Assembly: GCA_002269645.1 (NCBI GenBank) | Contig: NIVC01004170.1 | Span: forward strand, 1-56,930 | Source of the DNA: Macrostomum lignano | Lineage: Eukaryota | Direction: 5' to 3' | Length of the DNA: 56,930 bases | Part shown: positions 1 to 14,268 of the stretch, piece by piece | How the letters are laid out: each line of letters begins with the position of its first letter | How positions within the stretch are numbered: the first letter of the stretch is position 1 | The notes under the pieces: model-generated | What the model was told of the DNA's origin: nothing | Databases searched by the model: none | Seen by the model: only the letters and a program-made list of their open reading frames with translations | Program-made: the position numbers and the translations under genes

Positions 1-884
1 AACTTCTCAATCTTAACTCAAAGCGACCTGCACTACTACCTTTGTGTTGAGTGGTCACTATAGCAAAGAATGGGCTACCATCAGATAATTAATGTTTCTA
101 TGCTCTAAATCCATGGAAAATGAAAAAAGCAAAAATAATAAATGATATAATGGTATTGGCAACAGAATCTGCAGAGGTTGTCAGTTCATTGCAGGTATAT
201 TTAAAAGCTAGAACAAAGAGTTCAATGGCATCGAGACAGACAAAATTGTAGGGGTAATAGTATATGGATCTACCAATTCCAAAAATTGCCAGAAAGTACT
301 GAAAAGGCAAATAAATCACCAATTGCCAAAAAATGCCAGCAATTAAAATCACCACCAGTGGCAACACTGATTCTTATGTAATAAAAATATAGACTAATAA
401 AAAGCTACAAGGGTTGCCCCAAAATTAGTATTACTTTTCATTATATCTTTTGTTCTAATGATCCAAATAAAATCATTATGTATACATTTATAGCAGTAAT
501 TCTTTTTTCACCTTAAATTATAAAGTTGAAAACAGACATTGGAAACAAAAATTATGAAACCTAGTCATATTATATTTTTAGTGATATGTCATTGATATGA
601 AAATTGTATATATTCTAAAATTCATATAACTTTGATATGCATAACTTGTGACTATATATATTAAAAATTTTCTAACATGTTAGTATGATCTAGGTTAAAT
701 TTTTGGGAAGAAATTAAACCCTTTTCTTGGTATATTCATATTTTTTCTTGGCATATGGATATATAATTGATATGAGCCTTTTTTGTTCTAGGATACATGT
801 AGTATAGTTTACAATATTGTTAGAATTTTAGCACTTGAGGCCAAATTGGTTTTTGGTGCCTTAAAAAACTACAAAAATAGTGCC

Positions 885-1393
885 AGGGATATAAGGTGCT
901 GGGATAGATTTTGATTCAAAGCAGTCTGGGTATACGAAGTGCTGGGATAGATTGTGGTTCAAAGCAGTCTGGGGATACGAAGTGCTGGGATAGATTGTGG
1001 TTCAAAGCAGTCTGGGGATACGAAGTGCTGGGATAGATTGTGGTTCAAAGCAGTCTGGGGATACAAAGTGCTGGATAAATTGTGGTTCAAAGCAGTCTGG
1101 GGATACGAAGTGCTGGGATAGATTGTGGTTCAAAGCAGTCTGGGGATATGAAGTGCTGGATAGATTGTGGTTCAAAGCAGTCTGGGGATACGAAGTGCTG
1201 GGATAGATTGTGGTTCAAAGCAGTCTGGGGATACAAAGTGCTGGGATAGATTGTGGTTCAAAACAGTCTGGGGATATGAAGTGCTGGGATAGATTGTGGT
1301 TCAAAGCAGTCTGGGGATATGAAGTGCTGGGATAGATTGTGGTTCAAAGCAGTCTGGGGATACGAAGTGCTGGGATAGATTGTGGTTCAAAGC
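885..1393. repeat. 43-bp minisatellite (~12 copies) immediately upstream of Cdc42
   Basis: Unit GCTGGGATAGATTGTGGTTCAAAGCAGTCTGGGGATACGAAGT; period 43 (961 to 1004). Confidence 0.95.
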
Positions 1394-1442
1394 AATCCTA
1401 GGGATTCGCTCTCCATTGCATGCCCAGCCAGCTGCCAGCACT

Positions 1443-2768
<1,326 letters not shown>

Positions 2769-3499
2769 GCTGCCCAGCTACAGATGGCAAAGCCGAATTG
2801 GTGATGCTGATAAAGTTTGCCACAGTAAAACTGGCTGGGTGTTTCTCTGTAACACAAATCTGTTCCAATTTCCGCAAGTGCAACAAGTTGCCGATTAACT
2901 GTCTCTCTTTTGCTTTGCTGCTTCAACTACCAAGTAATCCGAATATTTGCCGAGTTTTTTATTTATCCAAGAGGCGGAAGCGTCCCGCCCCAATGCGCAG
3001 CTTTAATGCTGAACTGCTTACCGATTTTTACTGTATTAGCCGCTCTGCCCGTCAATATATATATATATCCCATAGGGCGCGCGTTTTAACTCTCTTTTTA
3101 ATTAGCGTGCCATCTATATCGGTTGCTCTTTCCCCACCGTTAATTCTTCAGCGTTCGTTTTGTGCCCGATTGCACTACTGATGATTGCTTTAGTTAGTAG
3201 TAGTATGCAGCGGATATCAATTCCTGTTTGTTGTGTATTATTGCTGTTGAAATGAAAAAAACCTGTACATCCTTATCTGTGTGAGTTTTACGTGCCACCT
3301 GCTTATATTGTGACCCCTGTGCTGCCTATCAATCAATCAATAAATCTAATACCAAAGTAAGGCACCGAACGATGAGAATATTTGAAATTAATTATCGATT
3401 TCTTGATTGACAGGCAGTTCTAAAATTGTGTTTTTATATTCAATTTATGGATAGCTTTTGTGAAGTTGACATTTTATAGTGCTTTTTTGGGTGCCTATC

Positions 3500-3945
3500 G
3501 GCCCGGGTTGCGCTCTGGCTGGCAGTGGACTGATTCAGTGAAACCCACCTGTCCCAATGTGTTTTATGGCTCGGCCCGGGTTGCGCTCTGGCTGGCAGTG
3601 GACTGATTCAGTGAAACCCCCCTGTCCCAATGTGTTTTATGGCTCGGCCCGGGTTGCGCTCTGGCTGGCAGTGGACTGATTCAGTGAAACCCCACCTGTC
3701 CCAATGTGTTTTATGGCTCGGCGCGGGTTGCGCTCTGGCTGGCAGTGGACTGATTCAGTGAAACCCCACCTGTCCCAATGTGTTTTATGGCTCGGCGCGG
3801 GTTGCGCTCTGGCTGGCAGTGGACTGATTCAGTGAAACCCCCCTGTCCCAATGTGTTTTATGGCTCGGCCCGGGTTGCGCTCTGGCTGGCAGTGGACTGA
3901 TTCAGTGAAATCCCACCTGTCCCAATGTGTTTTATGGCTCGGCGC
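3500..3945. repeat. 73-bp minisatellite (~6 copies)
   Basis: Unit CGGGTTGCGCTCTGGCTGGCAGTGGACTGATTCAGTGAAACCCACCTGTCCCAATGTGTTTTATGGCTCGGCC; period 73 (3505 to 3578). Confidence 0.95.
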
Positions 3946-4205
3946 TTGCGTGCAAATTACATATATTTGTTTATCTATTTATTTACTACATATATTACCC
4001 ATATCTACTTTGCTGTGCGTGCAGCCTTAGTATTAAATTGGATCGGATTATTGCTGAGGTGGGTCAAATTATTTAAAAATATATCATTTTTCTTTGGGAC
4101 GAAACAACTTTGTACCAGAAAACTTGTCTGTCTTTGAGGACCTTGTGTACTTTATTTTTACTGCGGCTGGGAAGTCAAACGGTCGGCTGTCACGGAGAGT
4201 GGGTG

Positions 4206-4878
4206 GGGGCGGATCAGGAGCGGATTCTCAGGAGCTGGGGCGGATCAGGAGCGGATTCTCAGGAGCTGGGGCGGATCAGGGGCGGATTCTCCAGGACTGA
4301 GTGAGTGGATCAGGGGCGGATTCTCCAGGACTGAGTGAGTGGATCAGGGGCGGATTCTCAAGGACTGAGTGAGTGGATCAGGGGCGGATTCTCAAGGACT
4401 GAGTGAGTGGATCAGGGGCGGATTCTCAAGAACTGAAGGGCGGATGAGGCGGATTCTCCAGGACTGAGTGAGTGGATCAGGGGCGGATTCTCAAGAACTG
4501 AAGGGCGGATGAGGGCGGATTCTCCAGGACTGAGTGAGTGGATCAGGGGCGGATTCTCAAGAACTGAAGGGCGGATGAGGGCGGATTCTCCAGGACTGAG
4601 TGAGTGGATCAGGGGCGGATTCTCAAGGACTGAGTGAGTGGATCAGGGGCGGATTCTCAAGGACTGAGGGCGGATGAGGGCGGATTCTCAAGGACTGAGG
4701 GTGTGTATCAGGGTGGATTCTCAAGAACTGGGGCGGATGAGGGTGGATTCTCAAGGACTGAGGGCGGATGAGGGCGGATTCTCAAGGACTGAGGGTGTGT
4801 ATCAGGGTGGATTCTCAAGAACTGGGGCGGATGAGGGTGGATTCTCAAGGACTGTGTGAGCGGATCGGGGGCGGATCA
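4206..4878. repeat. Degenerate GC-rich minisatellite (GGCGGATTCTCAAGGACTGAG core)
   Basis: Direct inspection. Confidence 0.9.
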
Positions 4879-5427
4879 GCGACAGCAATAGTCAATACGA
4901 GCTATGAAATTCAAATGTTAAAAATTTAGCAATTTGTTTAGCGCAGCTTTCTTGGGTTGAGTCTTTGATAAAAAAGATCCCTTGCCGTCTCCAACACACT
5001 GTATGCGAGTGTACACGCAGCAACCACAGTGACAACCACCAGTCGAACACGGAATGGCAACTCAAAAAGCAAAATGTTTTTGGGATCCAGCAGCCCGCAT
5101 ATGATGAGCCAGTCTTCAAGCGAATGGCACCGCGCTCTCCCACCCCATTCTTAGAAATTTTCGGCCCCCTCAGGCGAGACCAGACCATTGCAATTTCAAA
5201 TAGAAGCAGATCAGAACTTTGCAAAAAATTATCAGCAAGGAAAGATTTTCAAAAAAAGCTGATTAACCTGAGCTCGCCGATAAGCAGTGCGGTGAATAGC
5301 GAGCTCAGGCTGATAAAACTGAAGGTGAAATTTTCCATTCGAGTTTCTCTTAAGTCTGAGCATTTCGCTGAGAAACTCGTTAGCTGCGATTGACAGAAAA
5401 GACTGATTCGAACCTGGAACCGCAACG

Positions 5428-8400
5428 ATGCAGACAGATTTCTCATTAACTGTTGAGCTCACCTGGATAGATTACCTGGTGATTGCTCTGTACCTGCTGG
5501 CCACCTTTGCCATTGGCATTTTTGTGAGTGAAACATACGAGTACCGATCATTGATGACTAGACATGTTTCTGGTCTGACTGGAGTGACTAGACATGACTC
5601 TGGTCTGACTGGAGTGACTAGACATGACTCTGGTCTTATTGGAGTGACTAGACATGACTCTGGTCTTAGTGGAGTGACTAGACATGACTCTGGTCTTAGT
5701 GGAGTGACTAGACATGACTCTGGTCTGACTGGAGTGACTAGACATGACTCTGGTCTTATTGGAGTGACTAGACATGACTCTGGTCTTAGTGGAGTGACTA
5801 GACATGACTCTGGTCTTAGTGGAGTGACTAGACATGACTCTGGTCTTTCTGGAGTGACTAGACATGACTCTGGTCTTAGTGGAGTGACTAGACATGACTC
5901 TGGTCTTTCTGGAGTGACTAGACATGACTCTGGTCTTTCTGGAGTGACTAGACATGACTCTGGTCTTAGTGGAGTGACTAGACATGACTCTGGTCTTAGT
6001 GGAGTGACTAGACATGACTCTGGTCTTTCTGGAGTGACTAGACATGACTCTGGTCTTTCTGGAGTGACTAGACATGACTCTGGTCTTATTGAAGTGACTA
6101 GACATGACTCTGGTCTTATTGAAGTGACTAGACATGACTCTGGTCTTTCTGGAGTGACTAGACATGACTCTGGTCTATCTGGAGTGACTTGACATGACTC
6201 TGGTCTTATTGGAGTGACTAGACATGACTCTGGTCTTTCTGGAGTGACTAGACATGACTCTGGTCTTTCTGGAGTGACTAGACATGACTCTGGTCTTATT
6301 GAAGTGACTAGACATGACTCTGGTCTTTCTGGAGTGACTAGACATGACTCTGGTCTTTCTGGAGTGACTAGACATGACTCTGGTCTTTCTGGAGTGACTG
6401 GACATGACTCTGGTCTTTCTGGAGTGACTAGACATGACCCTGGTCTTCCTGGAGTGACTAGACATGACTCTGGTCTTACTGAAGTGACTAGACATGACTC
6501 TATGACTCTGGTCTGATCGTAGTGACTGGACATGATTCTGGTCTGATCGTAGTGACTGGACATGATTCTGGTCTGATCGTAGTGACTGGACATGATTCTG
6601 GTCTGATCGTAGTGACTGGACATGATTCTGGTCTGATCGTAGTGACTGGACATGATTCTGGTCTGATCGTAGTGACTGGACATGATTCTGGTCTGATCGT
6701 AGTGACTGGACATGATTCTGGTCTGATCGTAGTGACTGGACATGATTCTGGTCTGATCGTAGTGACTGGACATGACTCTGGTCTTACTGGAGTGACTGGA
6801 CATGACTCTGGTCTTACTGAAGTGACTGGACATGACTCTGGTCTTACTGGAGTGACTGGACATGACTCTGGTCTTACTGGAGTGACTGGACATGACTCTG
6901 GTCTTACTGGAGTGACTGGACATGACTCTGGTCTTACTGAAGTGACTGGACATGACTCTGGTCTTACTGGAGTGACTAGACATGACTCTGGTCTTACTGA
7001 AGTGACTGGACATGACTCTGGTGTTACTGGAGTGACTAGACATGACTCTGGTCAGTTAGAATTGATTTAAAAAACGACTCAAGATATACAAGATGTACAT
7101 TTATATTACATTATATTCAACCCCTAATATTTTTTGCCCTTGACAATACTCTCAGTCGGCCATTCGAGAGCAAAGGAAATCAAAGACGTCATCAGCCGGT
7201 TACTTTCTGGCCGGCCGCAGCATGTCCTGGTGGACGGTGGGTTAATTGTAAAATCTGTGTGCTGCTTTTTCTCCCCAGTAGCAACTGCGGCTCATCGCGT
7301 GAAGTCATGAATTGACATTTCAGATCGCCCTGTCGCTCTACATGAGCAATATCGGCAGCAATACCTTCATCGGGACTGCGGGCTCCGCGGCAGCCAACGG
7401 TTTCGGAGTTCTGTGCTACGAGTTTGTGGGCATCTACAGCCTCCTGCTGCTGGCGTACCTGTTTGTGCCCGTGTACCTGACCTCTGGGGTGAGTGTCTGC
7501 GGTGGGTGTCTGGGTGGGTGTCTAGGATGAGTGTCTGCGGTGGGTGTCTGGGTGGGTATCTGGGATGAGTGTCTGCGGTGGGTGTCTGGGTGGGTGTCTG
7601 GGTTGAGTGTCTGCGGTGGGTGTCTGGGTGGGTGTCTGGGTTGAGTGTCTGCGGTGGGTGTCTGGGTGAGTGTCTGGGGTGAGTGTCTGCGGTGGGTGTC
7701 TGGGTGGGTGTCTGGGGTGAGTGTTTGCGGTGGGTGTCTGGCGTGTCTGGGGTGAGTGTCTGCGGTGGGTGTCTGGGTGGGTGTCTGGCGTGTCTGGGGT
7801 GAGTGTCTGCGGTGGGTGTCTGGGTGAGTGTCTGACGTGTCTGGGGTGAGTGTTTGCGGTGGGCGTCTGGCGTGTCTGGGGTGAGTGTCTGCGGTGGGTG
7901 TCTGGGTGGGTGTCTGGGTGGGTGTCTGGGATGAGTGTCTGCGGTGGGTGTCTGGGTGGGTGTCTGGGTGGGTGTCTGGGTGGTTGTCTGGCGTGTCTGG
8001 GGTGAGTGTCTGCGGTGGGTGTCTGGTGTGTCTGGGGTGAGTGTCTGCAGTGGAAGTCTGATTTTCTGGGGTGTTTGACATACGCATAAGAGTCCGGCAG
8101 AAGGGGTGAGTGTCTGCGGTGGGTGTCTGGTGTGTCTGGGGTGAGTGTCTGCAGTGGAAGTCTGATTTTCTGGGGTGTTTGACATACGCATAAGAGTCCG
8201 GCAGAAGGGGTGAGAGTCAAAGTCAAAAACCAGCCCAACCGCTGCAGGCCTTTACCATGCCGGAGTACATTAAGAAGCGATTCGGCGGCAAGCGAATGCA
8301 GATCCTGCTGGCTGTGCAGTCGCTGCTCATGTACGTCTTCGCCAAGCTCTCGGTGAGTCTCCGCCCCACCATCCGCCCACCATCCGCCCCACTGTCCGCC

Positions 8401-11400
8401 CCATTGTTCGCCCCGACATCCGCCCCACCGTCCGCCCCATCATGCGCTCCACCGTCCGCCCCACCATCCGCCCCACCGTCCAATGTGCAACTCTGCCCTA
8501 CCATCCGCCCCATCATCCGCCCCACCGTCCGCCCCACCGTCCGCCAAAAAACTCCGCCCCACAACTCCGCCCTACCGTCCGCCCCACCGTCCGCCCTACC
8601 ATCCGCTCACCGTCCGCTCACCATCCGCTCACCATCCGCTCACCGTCCGCTCACCGTCCGCTCACCGTCCGCTCACCATCTGCTCACCGTCCGCCCCACC
8701 ATCTGCTCACCATCCGCCCCACCATCCGCTCACCGTCCGCTCACCGTCCGCTCACCATCCGCTCACCATCCGCTCACCATCCGCTCACCGTCCGCCCCAC
8801 CGTCCGCCCCACCATCCGCTCACCGTCCGCCCCACCGTCCGCCCCACCATCCGCTCACCGTCCGCCCCACCATCCGCTCACCGTCCGCCCCACCATCCGC
8901 TCACCGTCCGCCCCACCGTCCGCCCCACCATCTGCTCACCGTCCCCCCCACCATCCGCTCCCATCCGCCCCACCATCCGCTCACCGTCCGCCCCACCATC
9001 TGCTCACCGTCCGCCCCACCATCCGCTCACCATCCGCCCCACCATCCGATCACCGTCCGCCCCACCATCCGAACCACAACCCAGCATCATCAGCCCTGTA
9101 CACCGTCCGCCCCACCGTCCGCCCCACCATCCGCTCACCGTCCGCCCCACCATCTGCTCACCGTCCCCCCCCCACCATCTGCTCACCGTCCGCCCCACCA
9201 TCTGCTCACCGTCCCCCCACCATCTGCTCACCATCCGCCCCATCATCCGATCACCGTCCGCCCCACCATCTGCTCACCGTCCCCCCACCATCCGCTCACC
9301 GTCCGCCCCACCATCTGCTCACCATCCGCCCCACCATCTGCTCACCGTCCCCCCACCATCTGCTCACCATCCACCCCACCATCCGATCACCGTCCGCCCC
9401 ACCATCTGCTCACCGTCCGCCCCACCATCCGATCACCGTCCGCCCCACCATCTGCTCACCATCCGCCCCACCATCCGATCACCGTCCGCCCCACCATCCG
9501 ATCACCGTCCGCCCCACCATCTGCTCACCGTCCGCCCCACCATCTGCTCACCGTCCGCCCCACCATCTGCTCACCGTCCGCCCACCATCCGCCCACCGTC
9601 CGCCCCACCATCCGCTCACCGTCCGCCCCAGCATCCGAACCACAACCCAGCATCATCAGCCCTGTACACCGTCCGCCCCACCGTCCGCCCCACCATCCGC
9701 TCACCGTCCGCCCCAGCATCCGAACCACAACCCAGCATCATCAGCCCTGTACACCGTCCGCCCACAGCTGGAGGTGTACGCCGGCTCGCTGATCATCCAG
9801 AACACGATGGGCTGGGACCAGGTGCTGTCCATCACGGTGCTGCTGCTGATGACTGCAATCTACACTATGGTGGGCGGCCTGACCACGGTCATAATCACGG
9901 ACGCAGTCCAAGGCGTCATCGTTGTGCTGGGCGCCGGCGTCCTGGCCGTCATGAGCATCGACTCCATCGGCGGCCTCGGCAACCTGCAGAGCCGCTTCCT
10001 GGCCTCGTACCCCGCCGACTACGACAACTCGACCGGCTGCGGCGCCCCCGACCCGCAGGCCTTCCACATGCTGCGCCACATCGCCGACCCCGACTACCCC
10101 TGGCTGGGAGCCTTCTTTGGCGCCAACATCCTGTCCGCCTGGCACTGGTGCACCGATCAGCTGTTCGTGCAGAGAACCCTGGCGGCCAGGAGCCTGCAGC
10201 ACGCCAAGGTTGCCGCTGGGGGATTGGTTGCCAATTTGGGAGTCGAAAAAATAACACAGAGAGTGTACATGCCTGACGATTGGAAAGTCAGGGCCGTTGT
10301 ACACCCTGTGTGAGCGTGTGGAGTGCGTGCCTGTGTGGCATTATTTCGTGGAGGGCGTTAGGCCAGGGTTACCCGCAGCATTGCTGTTTTGGTGGTGTCA
10401 AATTTTGATGGCTACTCAAATCTACTATGCACTCTACTATGCACTCTACTATGCACTCTACTATGCACTTGACTATGCACTCGACTATGCACTCGACTAT
10501 GCACTCGACTATGCACTCTACTATGCATTCCACTATGCACTCGACTATGCACTCTACTATGCACTCCACTATGCACTTGACTATGCACTCTACTATGCAC
10601 TCTACTATGCACTTGACTATGCACTCTACTATGCACTCTACTATGCACTCTACTTATGCACTCCACTATGCACTTGACTATTCACTCTACTATGCACTCT
10701 ACTTTATACTTCACTATGCACTCTACTATACTCTCCACCCGCCTAGGCCGGCAGCGTGGCCGCGGGCTTCCTGAAGACGCTGCCGCTGCTGCTGATGATC
10801 ATCCCCGGCATGGTCAGCCGGATTCACTACGCCGACATCGTCGCCTGCGTCAACGCCTCCGCCTGCGAGAGGCTGTGCGGCATCCCGGAGGGCTGCAGCA
10901 ACGTGGCCTACATCGAGATCATCAAGCAGATGCTGCCCACCGGAGTTCGCGGGGTCATGATCGCCGCGATGCTGGCGGCCCTCATCTCCTCCATCACCTC
11001 CATCTTCAACAGCGGCGGCACCCTCTTCACCATCGACTTGTGGCTGCGCCTGCGCCCGGCCGCCGGCGAGGTCGAGAAAGTCATCGTGGGCAGGTGAGAT
11101 TCTCTCTAGTGAGCAGGTGAGATTCTCTCTAGTGAGCAGGTGAGATTCTCTCTAGTGAGCAGGTGAGATTCTCTCTAGTGAGCAGGTGAGATTCTCTCTA
11201 GTGAGCAGGTGAGATTCTCTCTAGTGAGCAGGTGAGATTCTCTCTAGTGAGCAGGTGAGATTCTCTCTAGTGAGCAGGTGAGATTCTCTCTAGTGAGCAG
11301 GTGAGATTCTCTCTAGTGAGCAGGTGAGATTCTCTCTAGTGAGCAGGTGAGATTCTCTCTAGTGAGCAGGTGAGATTCTCTCTAGTGAGCAGGTGAGATT

Positions 11401-14268
11401 CTCTCTAGTGAGCAGGTGAGATTCTCTCTAGTGAGCAGGTGAGATTCTTGAAATTCTCTATAGTGAGCAGGTGAGATTGTCTCTAGTGAGCAGGTGAGAT
11501 TTTCTCTAGTGAGCAGGTGAGATTCTCTAGTGAACAGGTGAGATTCTCTAATGGGCAGCTGAGATTCTCTCTAGTGAGCAGGTGAGCTTCTCTAGTGAGC
11601 AGGTAAGCTTCTCTATAGTGAGCAGGGGAGATTCTCTAGTGAGCAGGTGAGCTTCTCTATAGTGAGAAGGTGAGATTCTCTAGTGAGCAGGTAAGACCCT
11701 CTCTAGTGAGCAGGTGAGATTCTCTCTAGTGAGCAGGTTAGATTCTCTCTAGTGAGCAGGTGAGATTCTCTCTAGTGAGCAGGTGAGATTCTCTCTAGTG
11801 AGCAGGTGAGATTCTCTCTAGTGAGCAGGTGAGATTCTTGAGATTCTCTATAGTGAGCAGGTGAGATTGTCTCTAGTGAGCAGGTGAGCTTATCTAGTGA
11901 GCAGGTGAGCTTCTCTATAGTGAGCAGGTGAGATTCTCTAGTGAGCAGGTGAGATTCTCAAGTGGGCAGGTGAGATTCTCAAGTGGGCAGGTGAAATTCA
12001 ATTCTACCGAGACTTTACCAATAGTGCGCCAGATTCTACTAAGGGAGAGTAAGATCCCAACCAGGGTGAGGGAGACCCGACCGACAGAGTATGAGATTTT
12101 ACTAATGAAGGGTAAGATTTCACCGAAAAAGGGTTAGATTCTACCGACAGGGAGTGAGATTCTACCGACAGGGGGAGATTATACCGACAGAGGGTGAGAT
12201 TCTACTAATGAAGGGTAAGATCTCACCGAAAAAGGGTGAGATTCTACCGACAGGGGTGAGATTCTACCGACAGGGGGTGAGATTCTACAGACAGAGGGTG
12301 AGATTCTACTACGAGAAGGTGAGATCCCACCCAAGGAGAGTGAGACCCGACTGGGGGAGAGTGAGACCCGACCGGAACAGAGTGAGATTCAAGCCGAGCC
12401 CACAAACGTCCTGAGCTCGCCTCCCCCCGCAGGCTGTTCATCGTGGCCCTGACGGTGATCGGAGTCCTCTGGCTGCCGATCGTGCGCACCAGCGGCGGCG
12501 GCCAGCTGGTGATCTACGCCCAGTCGGTGACGTCATACCTCACGCCGCCGATTCTCACCGTCTTCCTCATGGCCAGCCTGTGGCCGCGCACTACTGAACC
12601 GGTGAGTAGTATGATGCGCTGGATTTCGGAAAAAGTGAAATTCAATCCAGAAATGTTTGAAAATTTGTGCAGGGCGTCTTCTGGGGCTTGCTGGTTTCCA
12701 TGGTGATCGGCGTGGTCTGGATGGTGCTGAACTTTGTGTACCCGCCGCCCCAGTGCGGCGAGGCGGACACCCGGCCTGCGCCCATTGCCCAGCTGCACTT
12801 CCTGCACTTCGGCATCGCGCTGTTCGCCTTCGCAGCGCTGATCATGACCGCCATCTCGCTGCTCACCAAGCCCGTGGACAGGGAGCAGGTGGGTTACCAT
12901 TCCAGTTCACTAAAATCCATTCCAGTCTACTAAAATCCGTTCCAGTCCACTCCAATTCATTCCAGTCCACTCCAATCCATTCCAGTCCACTCCAATCCAT
13001 TCCAGTTCACTCCAATCCATTGCTGTTCACTCCAGTCCATTCCTGTTCACTCCAATCCATTCCTGTTCACTCCAATCCATTCCAGTCCACTCCAATCCAT
13101 TGCTGTTCACTCCAGTCCATTCCTGTTCACTCCAATCCATTGTTGTTCACTCCAATCCATTCCTGTTCACTCCAATCCATTGTTGTTCACTCCAATCCAT
13201 TCCAGTTCACTCCAATCCATTCCTGTTCACTCCAATCCATTCCAGTCCACTCCAATCCATTGCTGTTCACTCCAATCCATTCCTGTTCACTCCAATCCAT
13301 TCCAGCCCACTCCAATCCATTCCAGTTCACTCCAATCCATTCCTGTTCACTCCAATCCATTGTTGTTCACTCCAATCCATTCCTGTTCACTCCAATCCAT
13401 TCCAGCCCACTCCAATCCATTCCAGTTCACTCCAATCCATTCCTGTTCACTCCAATCCATTCCCGTTCACTCCAATCCATTGTTGTTCACTCCAATCCAT
13501 TCCTGTTCGCTCCAATCCATTCCAGTCCACTCCAATCTATTCCAGTTCACTCCAATCCATTCCTGTTCACTCCAGTCCATTCCTATTCACTCCAATCCAT
13601 TCCTATTCACTCCAATCCATTCCTGTTCACTCCAATCCATTCCTGTCCACTCCAATCCATTCCTGTTCACTCCAATCCATTCCTGTTCACTCGAATCTAT
13701 TCCAGTTCTTTCCAATCCATTCCAACTTATTCCAACCCATTCTAGCCTACGCTCGTCTTGCAGCAAATTCCACTCCAGTTCTCCTGCTCATCCACTCCAC
13801 ACGCCGCAGCTCGCCGGTCTCACCTGGGTGACCCAAAACGACCAACAGCAGCAGCAGGCAGAAGCTCCGGCATCTGCTGAACCTTCATCAGGAGCGGCAG
13901 GAGCAGAAGAAGTAGAAGAAACTGCTCAGGAAGAGCAGCATCAGCAGCCCGAAGGCTTGGAGCTCAAGCCAGTCGGCGACCCGTCGACTCCCTCGGCGTC
14001 CGAGCCACAGACGGTCATGGTGCACACGCCAGTCAGTCGCCGGGCCTTCCGCTTCTTCCTCCGCTGGTTCTGCGGCTTCTCCGATGTCGACAACGGCGGC
14101 GCCGCCACCGAGGAGGAGCGAAAAGCGGCCGACGCTGCCGAAGCCGCGGAGCGGGCGCGCCAGCTGGTGGCGGAGATGAAGAGCGGCAGCGCCTGGGACC
14201 GCGTCGTGAACTGCTCAGCCCTGCTGCTATTCGCCGTGGGCAGCTTCCTGTGGGGCCTGCTGGCTTGA
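5428..14268 (+). CDS. SLC5 (SGLT/SMIT-like) sodium:solute symporter, 9 exons, ~692 aa
   Basis: Exons 5428-5523, 7156-7236, 7324-7488, 8248-8352, 9768-10208, 10747-11093, 12433-12601, 12673-12888, 13810-14268; all GT-AG and phase-consistent (2079 nt). Motifs GYFLAGRSMSWW, SNIGS, TMPEYIKKRFGG, GGLTTVIITDAVQ, WHWCTDQLFVQRTLAARS, ISSITSIFNS, TIDLW, QSVTSYLTPP, HFLHF. The start codon is the least certain part. Confidence 0.92.
5554..7052. repeat. 30-bp minisatellite (~50 copies) in SLC5 intron 1
   Basis: Unit GGAGTGACTAGACATGACTCTGGTCTTTCT and variants, in register with the 60-nt lines. Confidence 0.95.
7489..8215. repeat. GT-rich minisatellite starting at the exon 3 donor of SLC5
   Basis: Units such as GGGTGAGTGTCTGCGGTGGGTGTCTG; TCTGGG|GTGAGT recurs. 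Confidence 0.9.
8360..9767. repeat. C-rich minisatellite (CCGCCCCACCAT/CCGCTCACC) filling SLC5 intron 4
   Basis: Direct inspection; source of the Pro/His-rich ORFs. Confidence 0.9.
10423..10730. repeat. 12-bp minisatellite CTACTATGCACT
   Basis: Direct inspection. Confidence 0.9.
11094..12390. repeat. 23-bp minisatellite GTGAGATTCTCTCTAGTGAGCAG starting at the exon 6 donor, degenerating 3'
   Basis: About 15 perfect copies to ~11447, then progressively diverged. Confidence 0.95.
12890..13790. repeat. 20-bp minisatellite TTCACTCCAATCCATTCCTG
   Basis: Direct inspection. Confidence 0.93.

Noticed and set aside
1415-1424. ATTGCATG resembling the 3' end of a flatworm spliced leader upstream of Cdc42
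   Set aside because: Only 8 nt match from memory, and the gene has introns, so it is not a retrocopy of a trans-spliced mRNA
4892-5400. ORFs of 110-142 aa upstream of SLC5
   Set aside because: No recognisable motif, codon bias or splice partners
8257-9792. Pro/His-rich extensin-like ORFs
   Set aside because: Intronic minisatellite between phase-consistent SLC5 exons; the same applies to ORFs over 2041-2650, 5472-7070, 12657-13831, 17597-18330, 28147-29250, 36934-38085, 45021-46025 and 52849-54654
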